Program-made: the position numbers and the translations under genes | Shown: positions 9,068 to 17,962 of the stretch, piece after piece | Position numbering within the stretch: position 1 is the stretch's first letter | Layout: each line of letters opens with the position of its first letter | Origin: Stagnihabitans sp. | GTDB lineage: Bacteria; Pseudomonadota; Alphaproteobacteria; Rhodobacterales; Rhodobacteraceae | DNA length: 32,994 nt | Assembly (NCBI GenBank): GCA_964202815.1 | Contig: CAXNKP010000001.1 | Span: 1 to 32,994, forward strand | Reading direction: 5' to 3' | Notes under the pieces: generated by a model | What the model was told of the DNA's origin: nothing | Databases searched by the model: none | Seen by the model: only the letters and a program-made list of their open reading frames with translations

Positions 9068-9714
9068 CCGGTCTTTCCCTTTGCCTGCGCGCCATACCCG
9101 GCAAACCCTTTCAAAGTATCAGCAATTTCGAGGTCAGACAGGATATGCCCACCGCCCAGCAAGCTGGCGTGATAGTGCTGATTGGCCAGCGCCTCCAATT
9201 CATTGGCCAGCCAAAGTGCGTGGGTCAGGTCGCGCCCGCCGACGACCATGCCGTGATTGGCCATCAGGCAGCCCGCACGCCCCTGCATCGCGTGCAGGAC
9301 ATGGGCCGACAGTTCGGGGGTGCCAAATGTGGCATAATCGGCCAGCGGAATATCGGCCCCGCCAAAGGCCGCGATCATGTAATGCACCGCCGGGATCGGG
9401 CGGCGGGCAATGGCCAGAGCGGTGGACCATTGCGCATGGGTGTGTACCACGGCGTTCATCTCAGCCCGGGCATTAAGGATGTCACGGTGAAAGCGCCATT
9501 CAACCGAGGGCTTCATCGGCCCGTCCCAATCACCATCGCCAGTCAGTGGCATACGCGCGATCTGGTCGGGCCGGATGTCACGCGGTGAAATGCCCGAGGG
9601 CGTGATCAGCATATGATCGCCATCGCGCACCGATACATTGCCTGAAGCCCCCCGGTTCAACCCCGTATCGACCAACGCAACCATTGCAGCACAGATACCC
9701 TCGCGCGCGCCCAT
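9064..9714 (-). CDS. fucA1: Class II aldolase, L-fuculose-1-phosphate aldolase-like
   Basis: SGNVS, ITPSG, PSVEWRFH, HTH and MANHG motifs. Confidence 0.8.
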   Translation of the reverse strand: MGAREGICAAMVALVDTGLNRGASGNVSVRDGDHMLITPSGISPRDIRPDQIARMPLTGDGDWDGPMKPSVEWRFHRDILNARAEMNAVVHTHAQWSTALAIARRPIPAVHYMIAAFGGADIPLADYATFGTPELSAHVLHAMQGRAGCLMANHGMVVGGRDLTHALWLANELEALANQHYHASLLGGGHILSDLEIADTLKGFAGYGAQAKGKTG

Positions 9715-10754
9715 CAGCAGAGGTTCCTTGCCGGTTCGCCCGCAATATAGCGGCGTACCTCTTCGGCGGCCTGTTCGGCGGCAAAGGTGACAGTGCGAAC
9801 CGACGCCCCCGCGATATGCGGTGTGATCGTGACATTGGGCAGTTGCAACAGCGGCCAGTCCATCGGCACCGGTTCGACGGCAAAGGTTTCCAGCATCGCA
9901 GACCCCAGAACGCCGTTGGTCAGCGCCGCCAGCAGCGCGTCATAATCACACAGCGGCCCGCGCGCGGTGTTGATGAACAAAGCCCCCGGCTTCATCGCGG
10001 CAAAGGCATTGGCGTTCATCATATGCTTGGTTTCTGCTGTCACACGGGCGTGCAGTGTCACCACGTCACTTTCGGCCAGCAACCGGTCAAAGGCCACCAG
10101 TTCAACACCCGCTGCCGCATCTTCGGGCGCAAGCTGCACATAGGGGTCATGCACCAGAACCCGCGCCCCAAAGGCCCGCAACAGGCGCACCACCTTAGTG
10201 CCGATATTGCCATAGCCGATCACGCCGATGGTCATTTCGTTCAATTCACGGCCAGTCACATCGGCGCGATAAAGGTCTCCGCGCCATTCACCCCGGCGCA
10301 GGGCCTCATGCCCGATCCGGATTTTACGCGTTTCCGCCAGCATCGCGCCAAGGGTGAACTCTGCAACGGCACTGGAATTGCGACCCGGCGTGTTGACGAT
10401 CATGACGCCATGATCACGCGCCGCCTGCATGTCGATATTGACCGGGCCGCCACGCGACACAGCAATCATCTTGAGATTCGGCAAACGCTCCAGCATGCCG
10501 CGTGACATCGGGGCAAGGTGGGTCACCAAAATCTCGGCGTCGCCCAAAAACGCCACGACATCATCGGCGGCCCCGAAATATTCCTTCAACCCGTCCATGC
10601 CTGAAACGGCATAGCCGTGTTCCATCGGATCATCAGGCCAATTGTCCTTGCGGGTGCGGATGTGCAACCCGTCCCCACAGGCGATGCGCAACTTTTCCTC
10701 GAACACCTCAGGAAGCATGAAATGATCGCCGATAATGCCAATATGTCTGGCCAT
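9714..10754 (-). CDS. rbtA: D-isomer 2-hydroxyacid dehydrogenase family (pentitol-phosphate dehydrogenase)
   Basis: GVIGYGNIG Rossmann motif, INTARG, and TPHIAG with the catalytic His. Symbol from synteny. Confidence 0.83.
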   Translation of the reverse strand: MARHIGIIGDHFMLPEVFEEKLRIACGDGLHIRTRKDNWPDDPMEHGYAVSGMDGLKEYFGAADDVVAFLGDAEILVTHLAPMSRGMLERLPNLKMIAVSRGGPVNIDMQAARDHGVMIVNTPGRNSSAVAEFTLGAMLAETRKIRIGHEALRRGEWRGDLYRADVTGRELNEMTIGVIGYGNIGTKVVRLLRAFGARVLVHDPYVQLAPEDAAAGVELVAFDRLLAESDVVTLHARVTAETKHMMNANAFAAMKPGALFINTARGPLCDYDALLAALTNGVLGSAMLETFAVEPVPMDWPLLQLPNVTITPHIAGASVRTVTFAAEQAAEEVRRYIAGEPARNLC

Positions 10755-10764
10755 GTTACATTCC

Positions 10765-12315
10765 TCAGTCAGTCAAAAGTCCGTCCCAGACCGGTTCCAG
10801 CGCAAGTCTTGACATGCGGTAAGTCGGATAGCGGCGCAGGTAAAGATCTGTCAGATCGGGATCGTTCGCTTCGGCCGGGCCAAGGGACGGTGTCACCCAA
10901 TGGGCAATGCAGGCGGTCATGTCGGGATAGACACCGCAGGCCACCGCTGCCATCATCGCGGCACCTGCTGCCCCAGCCTCGGTGCGCGACGACACACGGG
11001 TCGGCGCGCCAACGGCTGCCCCCAGAGCGCGCCGCAGCGCGGGCGACTGGGCAGCACCCCCGGTCAGGCGCAATTCTGTCGGCATGTCGCCCATTACCGC
11101 ATAGCAATCGCGCGTCGCCAGGCCAAGGCCCTCGATGACGGCACGCACAATGTCCGCAAAGCGGTGTGGCATGGCCAGCCCGATCAGGCTGGCCCGCGCG
11201 GCCGAGTTGACAAAGGGGCCACGCTCCCCCGCCTCCGAGATGTAGGGATGATAGAGCAAGGCGCTAGGTGTGCTTTGCGCCATCCAGCCGTCGATCCTGG
11301 CGATCAAAGCCGCGCGGCTTTGCGGAGCGCCAAGGTCTGCTGCCAGATCACCGGCAAGGTCCAGCACCCAATCGATGTTGAGCGTGGCCGCCATGTTCGA
11401 TTGGATCATCGCAACCATGCCGGGCAGCGGCAGGCACATGACATAACCGGTCAGTTCGGTATTCAGGACCACACTCGCGGCCGTTTGGGCACGCATATGC
11501 ATGCCGGTTGATCCGATTATGCTGCATGCAGCAGGGGCGTCGGTCACAATGCCTGCGCCAATCGCCGTGCAGACCACATCGACATAGCCTAGGCTGACCG
11601 GCGTTCCCGCGCGCAAACCGGTTTCGCGGGCGGCCGCGACGGTCAGCGGGTGGGCGGTCTGGCTGCCGTCAAGGATAGGCGGCAGCAGGTGGCGTTGCCC
11701 GTCAAGCCCAAGGGCGGAAATCACCGTGTCGCAGTAGGTGCGTGTCCGAAAATCGCCGAACGTAAAGGTGGCCTCGGACGGATCGGTGGCCCGGATGCCG
11801 GTCAGGTTCAGGTAAAGCCAGTCCTTGGCGTGCAACGCCACCTCGGCCGCCGTCAGCACCTCGGGCGTGGTGGCCAGCATATGTGCGATTTGGCTGCCTT
11901 GCTGGCAAACGTTCAGGCCGGACCCCGTGTGATGAAACCGCGCAAGATCAGCGTCGGTGCCACGCAGCCGCCTGACCGTCGGCGCCGCCCGCGCATCAAG
12001 CCAAAGCCAGCCATCCGTCACGGGTTGGTTGCCAGCCCCCACCAGCCATGTGCCATCGCCCTGCGCCGTTACGGCCACTGCCAGCGTGCGCGCCGCAAGA
12101 TTTTCAACCTTGGTGCCAAGGTCTCGCAAGGTAGCAGCGCAATCGCTCCAAGTCTGCGCCATGTCTTGAAACGCCGCTCCATCCGAAGACCGGGTGACAT
12201 AGCGATTGGGCGTCGATGCAATAGCGAGCTGTCGGCCGGCCGTATCAAACGCCACGGCTTTTATCACCGAGGTTCCGGCGTCAACTCCGATCAGGATGTC
12301 GGCGGTCGGTGTCAT
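10765..12315 (-). CDS. eryA: Erythritol/polyol kinase (FGGY family)
   Basis: GVDAGTSVIKAVAF, QGDGTWL, WLWLDARA, GERGPF and LTGGAA motifs. Confidence 0.9.
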   Translation of the reverse strand: MTPTADILIGVDAGTSVIKAVAFDTAGRQLAIASTPNRYVTRSSDGAAFQDMAQTWSDCAATLRDLGTKVENLAARTLAVAVTAQGDGTWLVGAGNQPVTDGWLWLDARAAPTVRRLRGTDADLARFHHTGSGLNVCQQGSQIAHMLATTPEVLTAAEVALHAKDWLYLNLTGIRATDPSEATFTFGDFRTRTYCDTVISALGLDGQRHLLPPILDGSQTAHPLTVAAARETGLRAGTPVSLGYVDVVCTAIGAGIVTDAPAACSIIGSTGMHMRAQTAASVVLNTELTGYVMCLPLPGMVAMIQSNMAATLNIDWVLDLAGDLAADLGAPQSRAALIARIDGWMAQSTPSALLYHPYISEAGERGPFVNSAARASLIGLAMPHRFADIVRAVIEGLGLATRDCYAVMGDMPTELRLTGGAAQSPALRRALGAAVGAPTRVSSRTEAGAAGAAMMAAVACGVYPDMTACIAHWVTPSLGPAEANDPDLTDLYLRRYPTYRMSRLALEPVWDGLLTD

Positions 12316-13445
12316 GCGGCCAACGCATGCCCATGGGCAAGTGCTGCGCCCGTGGCTGGATCGAACACATGCAGGTCTTCGAGATTGATCTGGATATGGA
12401 TGGACTGGCCTTCCGACAGGGCAGCGCGGTCATGCTCGACCAGCACGATGGTTTTTCCGGCAAAACTGGCGGCGATGTGGCTTTGATCGCCAAGCCACTG
12501 GTTAGCCACCACTTGCGCTGCCGCCCCTTGGGCTGAGCGGTGCACTGCATAGGGCCGCACACCGATCACCACGTGCTGACGGGTCAGCACCATCTGACGG
12601 ACAGCCGAATCAAACGCAGCTTCTGGATAGCGAAGGTAAAGCCCACCCGACAGATCAAACGTCACTTCGCCCACCGAGGCACTTGCGGTTGCCGGAAAGA
12701 CATTCATCGGCGGCTCACCCACAAAGGTGCCGGTGAACAGATTGGCAGGACGCAGCTTGATTTCGGTCGAAGAAGCGTATTGCTGCAAAATCCCGCCTTC
12801 CATGACCGCGATCCGGTCAGCCAGTGCATTTGCCTCGGTCTGGTCGTGCGTCACAAGGATCGCGGTCAACCCGCGCTCCTTTATGTAGTGCTTGATCCGG
12901 CCCCGCAGCAGCGTGCGCAACTGCGGTTCCAACTGGCCCATCGGTTCATCAAGCAGGTGCAGGTCGGCATCGCGCACTAAAGCGCGAGCAAGACTGGCGC
13001 GTTGTTGTTGCCCGCCAGAAATGAAATTGGGGAAGCGGTCAAGGATATCAGTGATTTCCAGCATCTCGGCCACATGGCCCACACGGCGCGCCACATCGGC
13101 ATCCGCCAAACGCGAGGCTTTGAGGGCAAATGCAATGTTGTCACGCACCGAGACGGTCGGGTACAGTGAGTACCCCTCGAACGCCATCGCGACATTCCGT
13201 TTGACCGGGGCCAGCATGTGCACCGGCTTTCCCGCCAGTTCAATACTGCCCGCCGACACGGCCTCGAACCCGGCAACCATTCGCAGGGTTGAGGTTTTGC
13301 CGCATCCCGATGATCCCAACAGCGCGATGATTTCGCCCTTGGGCACGTCCATTGAAATAGACTGCACGGCGTATACACCGCCATTTATCGGGCCATAGTA
13401 CTTGTCCACGTTTTTCAGGCGCAGTTGCGGGTTTTCGGTGGTCAT
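12312..13445 (-). CDS. mptE: CUT1 ABC transporter ATP-binding subunit
   Basis: Walker A GSSGCGKT, signature ISGGQ, Walker B LLDEP, H-loop VTHD and a C-terminal OB/TOBE-like domain. Confidence 0.88.
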   Translation of the reverse strand: MTTENPQLRLKNVDKYYGPINGGVYAVQSISMDVPKGEIIALLGSSGCGKTSTLRMVAGFEAVSAGSIELAGKPVHMLAPVKRNVAMAFEGYSLYPTVSVRDNIAFALKASRLADADVARRVGHVAEMLEITDILDRFPNFISGGQQQRASLARALVRDADLHLLDEPMGQLEPQLRTLLRGRIKHYIKERGLTAILVTHDQTEANALADRIAVMEGGILQQYASSTEIKLRPANLFTGTFVGEPPMNVFPATASASVGEVTFDLSGGLYLRYPEAAFDSAVRQMVLTRQHVVIGVRPYAVHRSAQGAAAQVVANQWLGDQSHIAASFAGKTIVLVEHDRAALSEGQSIHIQINLEDLHVFDPATGAALAHGHALAA

Positions 13446-14551
13446 GCTACCGCCTCGTTCATGGAATGGCGTACTGGGGCGATGCGCTGCCCGGTCGCGC
13501 GGTCAAACAACACTGCCGATGCGGCGTTTAGCGCGATATGCGCCTGACCTGACGCCGGGCCAGGCGTGCCTGCGGGGCGCGAGATCATGATTTCACGTCC
13601 GCGCAATGTCAGTGCCAGCGTGACCGTCTTTTCGTTCAGCGGGGTTTCCGTCTCTATCTCGACCGGAATGGCACCGGGGCTGCCTTCGGCGACGAAATGA
13701 AGCGACTCTGGGCGCAGACCGAGAATGCAGTCCCGCCCGATCTGCGAGGTGTATTGGTCCAGCAATCTGACCGGTCTGTCAGAAACCATCGCCACGACCT
13801 GCCCCCCCTGCCATTCGGGTCGCACGTCCAGCAAGTTGATGACCGGATCGCCGAACAGGCGTGCGATATCCGTGTTGGCTGGGGTGAGGTATATTTCTTC
13901 GGGCGTGCCAACTTGCTGGATGCCATGAGCGGTCATCACCGCAATCCGGTGCCCCAGCGCCATCGCCTCTTTGTAGTCTTGCGTGACATAGATTACCGTG
14001 GCGTTCTGGTCTTTCAGCAGGCGCGGCAGTTCCAGCCGCATCTCGAACCGCAGCTTTGCGTCCACGTTGCGCAAGGGATCGTCCAGAAGCAGGATCGACG
14101 GCGCCGCCGACAGCGCGCGGGCCAGCGCCGTGCGTTGCTTTTGGCCGTTCGACAGCTCTTTGGGCTTGTGGTGCAGCACATGGTCGATCTTCAGCAGCCG
14201 CGCGACCTTTTCGACCGTCTCCTTCATCACCGATTTCGACTGCCTCCGCGCGGTCAGGGGTGCTGCGATATTGGCAAAGGCGTCCATGTGCGGGAACAGC
14301 GCAAAGTTCTGGAACGCCATGCCGATGCCGCGATCCTCGGGTTCCACCCCGGCCATGTCGCGGCCATTGACGCGGATCTGCCCGGCATCAGGTTCAATCA
14401 CCCCGGCGATCAGGCGTAACAGCACCGTCTTGCCCGCACCGGATGGCCCAAACAGCACCAGCGTTTCACCTTTGGCAATGCTGAGAGACACGTCCGCCAG
14501 CACCGTGTTGGCCTTGAACGCTTTGCGGATATTGGAAAGTTCAATCGACAT
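13442..14551 (-). CDS. mptD: CUT1 ABC transporter ATP-binding subunit with degenerate motifs
   Basis: Walker A GPSGAGKT is intact. Signature is LSNGQ, Walker B is LLDDP and the switch is VTQD. Confidence 0.88.
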   Translation of the reverse strand: MSIELSNIRKAFKANTVLADVSLSIAKGETLVLFGPSGAGKTVLLRLIAGVIEPDAGQIRVNGRDMAGVEPEDRGIGMAFQNFALFPHMDAFANIAAPLTARRQSKSVMKETVEKVARLLKIDHVLHHKPKELSNGQKQRTALARALSAAPSILLLDDPLRNVDAKLRFEMRLELPRLLKDQNATVIYVTQDYKEAMALGHRIAVMTAHGIQQVGTPEEIYLTPANTDIARLFGDPVINLLDVRPEWQGGQVVAMVSDRPVRLLDQYTSQIGRDCILGLRPESLHFVAEGSPGAIPVEIETETPLNEKTVTLALTLRGREIMISRPAGTPGPASGQAHIALNAASAVLFDRATGQRIAPVRHSMNEAVA

Positions 14552-14554
14552 TGC

Positions 14555-15412
14555 CTATCCTTTGACCGCGCCAAGCGACAAACCTTCGACGAGGTAGCGC
14601 TGTGCATAGACTGCCAAAGCAAATGTAGGCGCGATCGACAGCACGATCCCCGCCGCAACTTGCCCGTACTGAATGCCGGATGCCGTGACAAACGCCAAAG
14701 CGCCCACTGTGACCGGCTGCTTGTCCGCCGATGCCAGCACCAATGCAAAGACAAAGTTGTTCCAAGCAAAGATGAACGACAACAGCCCCGCCGCAGCAAT
14801 CCCGGGCCCGGCCAATGGCAAGGCGATGCGCCAGAAGGTGGACCAGAAGTCATGCCCCGCAATACGGTAGGCGTATTCGATATCGGCCGGGATATCCTCG
14901 AAATAGCCGCGCACAATCCACAAGATCAGGGGCAGCACGATCAACTGATAGACCCAGATAAGCCCACCATAAGTATTTGCCAGCCCTAGTTGCTGAAAGT
15001 AGATCGTCAGCGGCAGCAGCACCAGCAAGGGCGGGGCAAAGCGAAACGACAGCAGGGTAAAGGCAATATCCTCAGACCCGCGGAATTTCAGCCGCGCAAA
15101 GGCATAGGCCGCAGGCACACCCAGCACTAACCCCAACAGCACTGACGCCGTTGACAGGAACAAAGAGTTGAACAGGTTTCCCATGAAGTCGATATCAAGC
15201 GAGCCGGCCTGAGTTTCCAGCTTGCCGGTGATCAGCGCCGTATAGTTTTCAAGCGTCGGGGAAAACACCACTGACGGCGGCACGCGCAGGATGGTTTCGT
15301 TGGACTGAAAGCTCATCAGGAAAATCCAGATGATGGGAAACATGAAGAACAGGCAAACCAGCGTGATCGCCGTACCGCGCAAGAACCGTTCGATCGGGGA
15401 AACTGTGTCCAT
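14555..15412 (-). CDS. mptC: Carbohydrate ABC transporter permease (MalG-like)
   Basis: Multiple TM segments, EAA-like loop IPADIEYAYRIAG, FAWN, and EGLSLGAVKG C-terminus. Confidence 0.9.
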   Translation of the reverse strand: MDTVSPIERFLRGTAITLVCLFFMFPIIWIFLMSFQSNETILRVPPSVVFSPTLENYTALITGKLETQAGSLDIDFMGNLFNSLFLSTASVLLGLVLGVPAAYAFARLKFRGSEDIAFTLLSFRFAPPLLVLLPLTIYFQQLGLANTYGGLIWVYQLIVLPLILWIVRGYFEDIPADIEYAYRIAGHDFWSTFWRIALPLAGPGIAAAGLLSFIFAWNNFVFALVLASADKQPVTVGALAFVTASGIQYGQVAAGIVLSIAPTFALAVYAQRYLVEGLSLGAVKG

Positions 15413-15423
15413 TTTCGTGCTCC

Positions 15424-16347
15424 TTACGCGTTGCCACGGCTTTTTTCACGCAAGCGCAGCCAGTTCTTGATGAAGATGTTCGAAAGCGCGTAGGTGATCG
15501 CCCACAAGATCATCAGCAGGGCCGCAGACCGGCCCACATTGGTCGACTGAAAGAAGTTTAGGTATGCCTCCACTTGAAACACCAACAGCCGATCGCCGGG
15601 TCCGCCTTGAGTCATTGCATAAATGATGTCGAACTGCTGTATGGATTCGATCATCCGAAACAGCGTGGCCGTCAACAGGAACGGTGTGAGCATCGGCAAA
15701 GTGATGCGCCAGAACACGAACATGCGCGGCACGCCATCCAGCGCGGCCGCCTCGAAAGGTTGTTGTGGCAAAGACCGCAGACCCGCGAGCAGCAGAATCA
15801 TGATGAACGGGGTATAGACCCAAACATCTACGATCACGACAGTCAACATCGCGGTCTGCGGATCGGAGGCCCAGTTGAAATCCTTTAAGCCCAGAAGCGT
15901 CGCAAAATACGACAGGATCCCAAAGCCCGGGTTCGTCATCAGTTTCCACATCAAGGCCGCCAGCGCAGGCGCCGTCATCAGCGGCATCAGCAGCATGATC
16001 GACACGAAATTGTTGAGCAGCGACCGTTTTTGCAAAAGCAGTGCTATGCCAAGGCCCAGCAGCAATTCGACAGTGACCGTCAGAAAGGCATAGGTCACTG
16101 ACACCTGAAGCGTGTTCCAAAAGGCGGAATCCGTAAAAAAATTCAGGTAGTTCTGACCCCAATTGAACTCGCGCGCCCAAGGCTGCGACAACCTATAGCG
16201 CTGCAAGGAATAGACCACAGCCGTAAAGAACGGGATCAGGATCCCGATACACACCAACAAAGCCGGCAGTGATAGAAGATAGGGCAGCACTTGTCTGCTG
16301 ACGCGGAAACGGCGGCGGCGCGGCAGGTCGGTCGCAGCAGTGGTCAT
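15424..16347 (-). CDS. mptB: Carbohydrate ABC transporter permease (MalF-like)
   Basis: TM segments, EAAALDG loop and MTQGGPG. Confidence 0.9.
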   Translation of the reverse strand: MTTAATDLPRRRRFRVSRQVLPYLLSLPALLVCIGILIPFFTAVVYSLQRYRLSQPWAREFNWGQNYLNFFTDSAFWNTLQVSVTYAFLTVTVELLLGLGIALLLQKRSLLNNFVSIMLLMPLMTAPALAALMWKLMTNPGFGILSYFATLLGLKDFNWASDPQTAMLTVVIVDVWVYTPFIMILLLAGLRSLPQQPFEAAALDGVPRMFVFWRITLPMLTPFLLTATLFRMIESIQQFDIIYAMTQGGPGDRLLVFQVEAYLNFFQSTNVGRSAALLMILWAITYALSNIFIKNWLRLREKSRGNA

Positions 16348-16416
16348 GAACGTTTCCTTCAGGTACCCGGATCATCGCAAGCGTCAAAGGCGGGATAGGC
16401 TTCAAGGGTAAACAGG

Positions 16417-16489
16417 CGGTCAGGAAGGCACAAAGCCCCCCTGACCGATTTGGCGTCGTTTACTCTTGCCCTGCAAGACGCAGGACAAG
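16417..16489 (-). terminator. Two GC-rich stem-loops after the solute-binding protein gene (mRNA stabiliser or partial terminator)
   Basis: Minus strand CTTGTCCTGC-GTCTT-GCAGGGCAAG (16489-16465) and CGGTCAGGGGGGC-TTTGT-GCCTTCCTGACCG (16447-16417). Mismatches resolve as G-U pairs on this strand. No long U-tract. Confidence 0.6.
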
Positions 16490-16504
16490 GGCATTCTTCA
16501 TTGA

Positions 16505-17947
16505 TCAGCCCAGACCAGCCTCGACCAGCTGTCCGTTCACGCTTTCGGCCAGTTGGTCCAGACCTTCGTCGACCGGAACCTCGTTCGCGACCATTTTCTG
16601 CAGCGTTGCCGCCCATTCGGTGGTCAAGTCAAAGAACAGCGGCTGCGGCGTGAACTTGATCGACGCGCCAGGGGCTGAGGCGTCATGCATCTCCACATAG
16701 CCCGGATAGGACTTCGACAGCTTGTCACGGAACGCGCCATCCGCCCAGACAGACGCACGCGCCGGGTTCACAAGGTCCATGGTCTGTGCGCCGAACAGGT
16801 CATGCTCCGGCCCAGTGACCCACTGCATGAAGTACCAAGCCGCGTCCTTGTCTGCCGAGAACGACGACATCGCCATCGACCAGATCCAGATGTTTGGCGT
16901 TGCCGCAGCAGCGGCCGGGTTGGCCTTGAACGCCGAGAAAGCAAGGTTGCCGCCCTCGGCATTACCGGCGCCATTCATGAAGTAGCCAAGGATATCGGCG
17001 TCGAACATCATCGCGGACTTGCCCGCGCCAACGTCAGTACCGACCTGATACCATGTGTGGGTGGACCAATCAGGCGCACCCGAATCCTGGATCATCTTGA
17101 CCCATTTCGAGTGGTATTCCTTGGACACATCCGTGTTCATCGCTGCCGACAGCTTGCCGTCTGCCGCGATGTTCAGATCTTTCTGGTCAAAGTTGGCATA
17201 GCCCGAGAGGAAGCCGGGGTGGATGGTTGCCCAAGACCGCGACCCACGCACGCCAATGCCGTAGCCGCCGTTCATGACCGACTTGGCCTTGGCGGCAGTC
17301 TCCATCAGTTCGTCCATGTTGGTCGGAACAGCCAGACCGTTCGCATCAAAGATGCGCTTGTTGTAGGTCAGGTTGTTCTGCTCGTAGGCCATCGGGATGC
17401 ACCACTGCTTGGCATCGTCCGACCCAAGCGCGCCACCGGGAACACCGTTCCAGGCGCAAGACTTGATCACGCCAGGCAGGAAATCGTCAAAAGCATACAT
17501 CGGGTTGGTCTTGGCAGGGTCCTTGATCCACTGGCTCAGGTCTTCACACCAGCCGGCAGGGCCATAGGTCCAAGTCATGTAGGCGCCGGTCATGAAGGCG
17601 TCGTATTCGCTGGAACCCGACGACAGCGCGGCGGTGACCTTGTCGAAGTACACATCTTCCGGGAACACGTCATAGACAACGTCCATGCCGGTCAAGGCCT
17701 TAAAGTTTTCGATGTTGGCAATCATCGAGTCGGTGTAGGGGTGCTTGTTAAGCAGCAGTTTGACCGTCTTGCCCGCATGGGCCTTCCAGTCGAAATCTGC
17801 GGCCAACGCACGGGTTGCAGATGCGTTCAGCAAGATGCTGCTCGCGGCGGTGGTCAGACCAAGCGCGCCGAGGCCCTTGATCATTCCGCGACGGCTGACC
17901 GATCCGCGAATATACGCGTCGATCAGGTCCTTTTCCTTATCGTACAT
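16505..17947 (-). CDS. mptA: Polyol ABC transporter periplasmic binding protein with twin-arginine signal
   Basis: SRRGMIK Tat motif, hydrophobic stretch, ALA cleavage site, family-1 SBP features and strong RBS GGGAGGAG. Confidence 0.9.
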   Translation of the reverse strand: MYDKEKDLIDAYIRGSVSRRGMIKGLGALGLTTAASSILLNASATRALAADFDWKAHAGKTVKLLLNKHPYTDSMIANIENFKALTGMDVVYDVFPEDVYFDKVTAALSSGSSEYDAFMTGAYMTWTYGPAGWCEDLSQWIKDPAKTNPMYAFDDFLPGVIKSCAWNGVPGGALGSDDAKQWCIPMAYEQNNLTYNKRIFDANGLAVPTNMDELMETAAKAKSVMNGGYGIGVRGSRSWATIHPGFLSGYANFDQKDLNIAADGKLSAAMNTDVSKEYHSKWVKMIQDSGAPDWSTHTWYQVGTDVGAGKSAMMFDADILGYFMNGAGNAEGGNLAFSAFKANPAAAAATPNIWIWSMAMSSFSADKDAAWYFMQWVTGPEHDLFGAQTMDLVNPARASVWADGAFRDKLSKSYPGYVEMHDASAPGASIKFTPQPLFFDLTTEWAATLQKMVANEVPVDEGLDQLAESVNGQLVEAGLG

Positions 17948-17962
17948 AGAACTCCTCCCAGA

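Noticed and set aside
5966-14419. Numerous 200-285 aa plus-strand ORFs opposite the ery operon
   Set aside because: They fully overlap well-supported minus-strand genes and have no recognisable domains.
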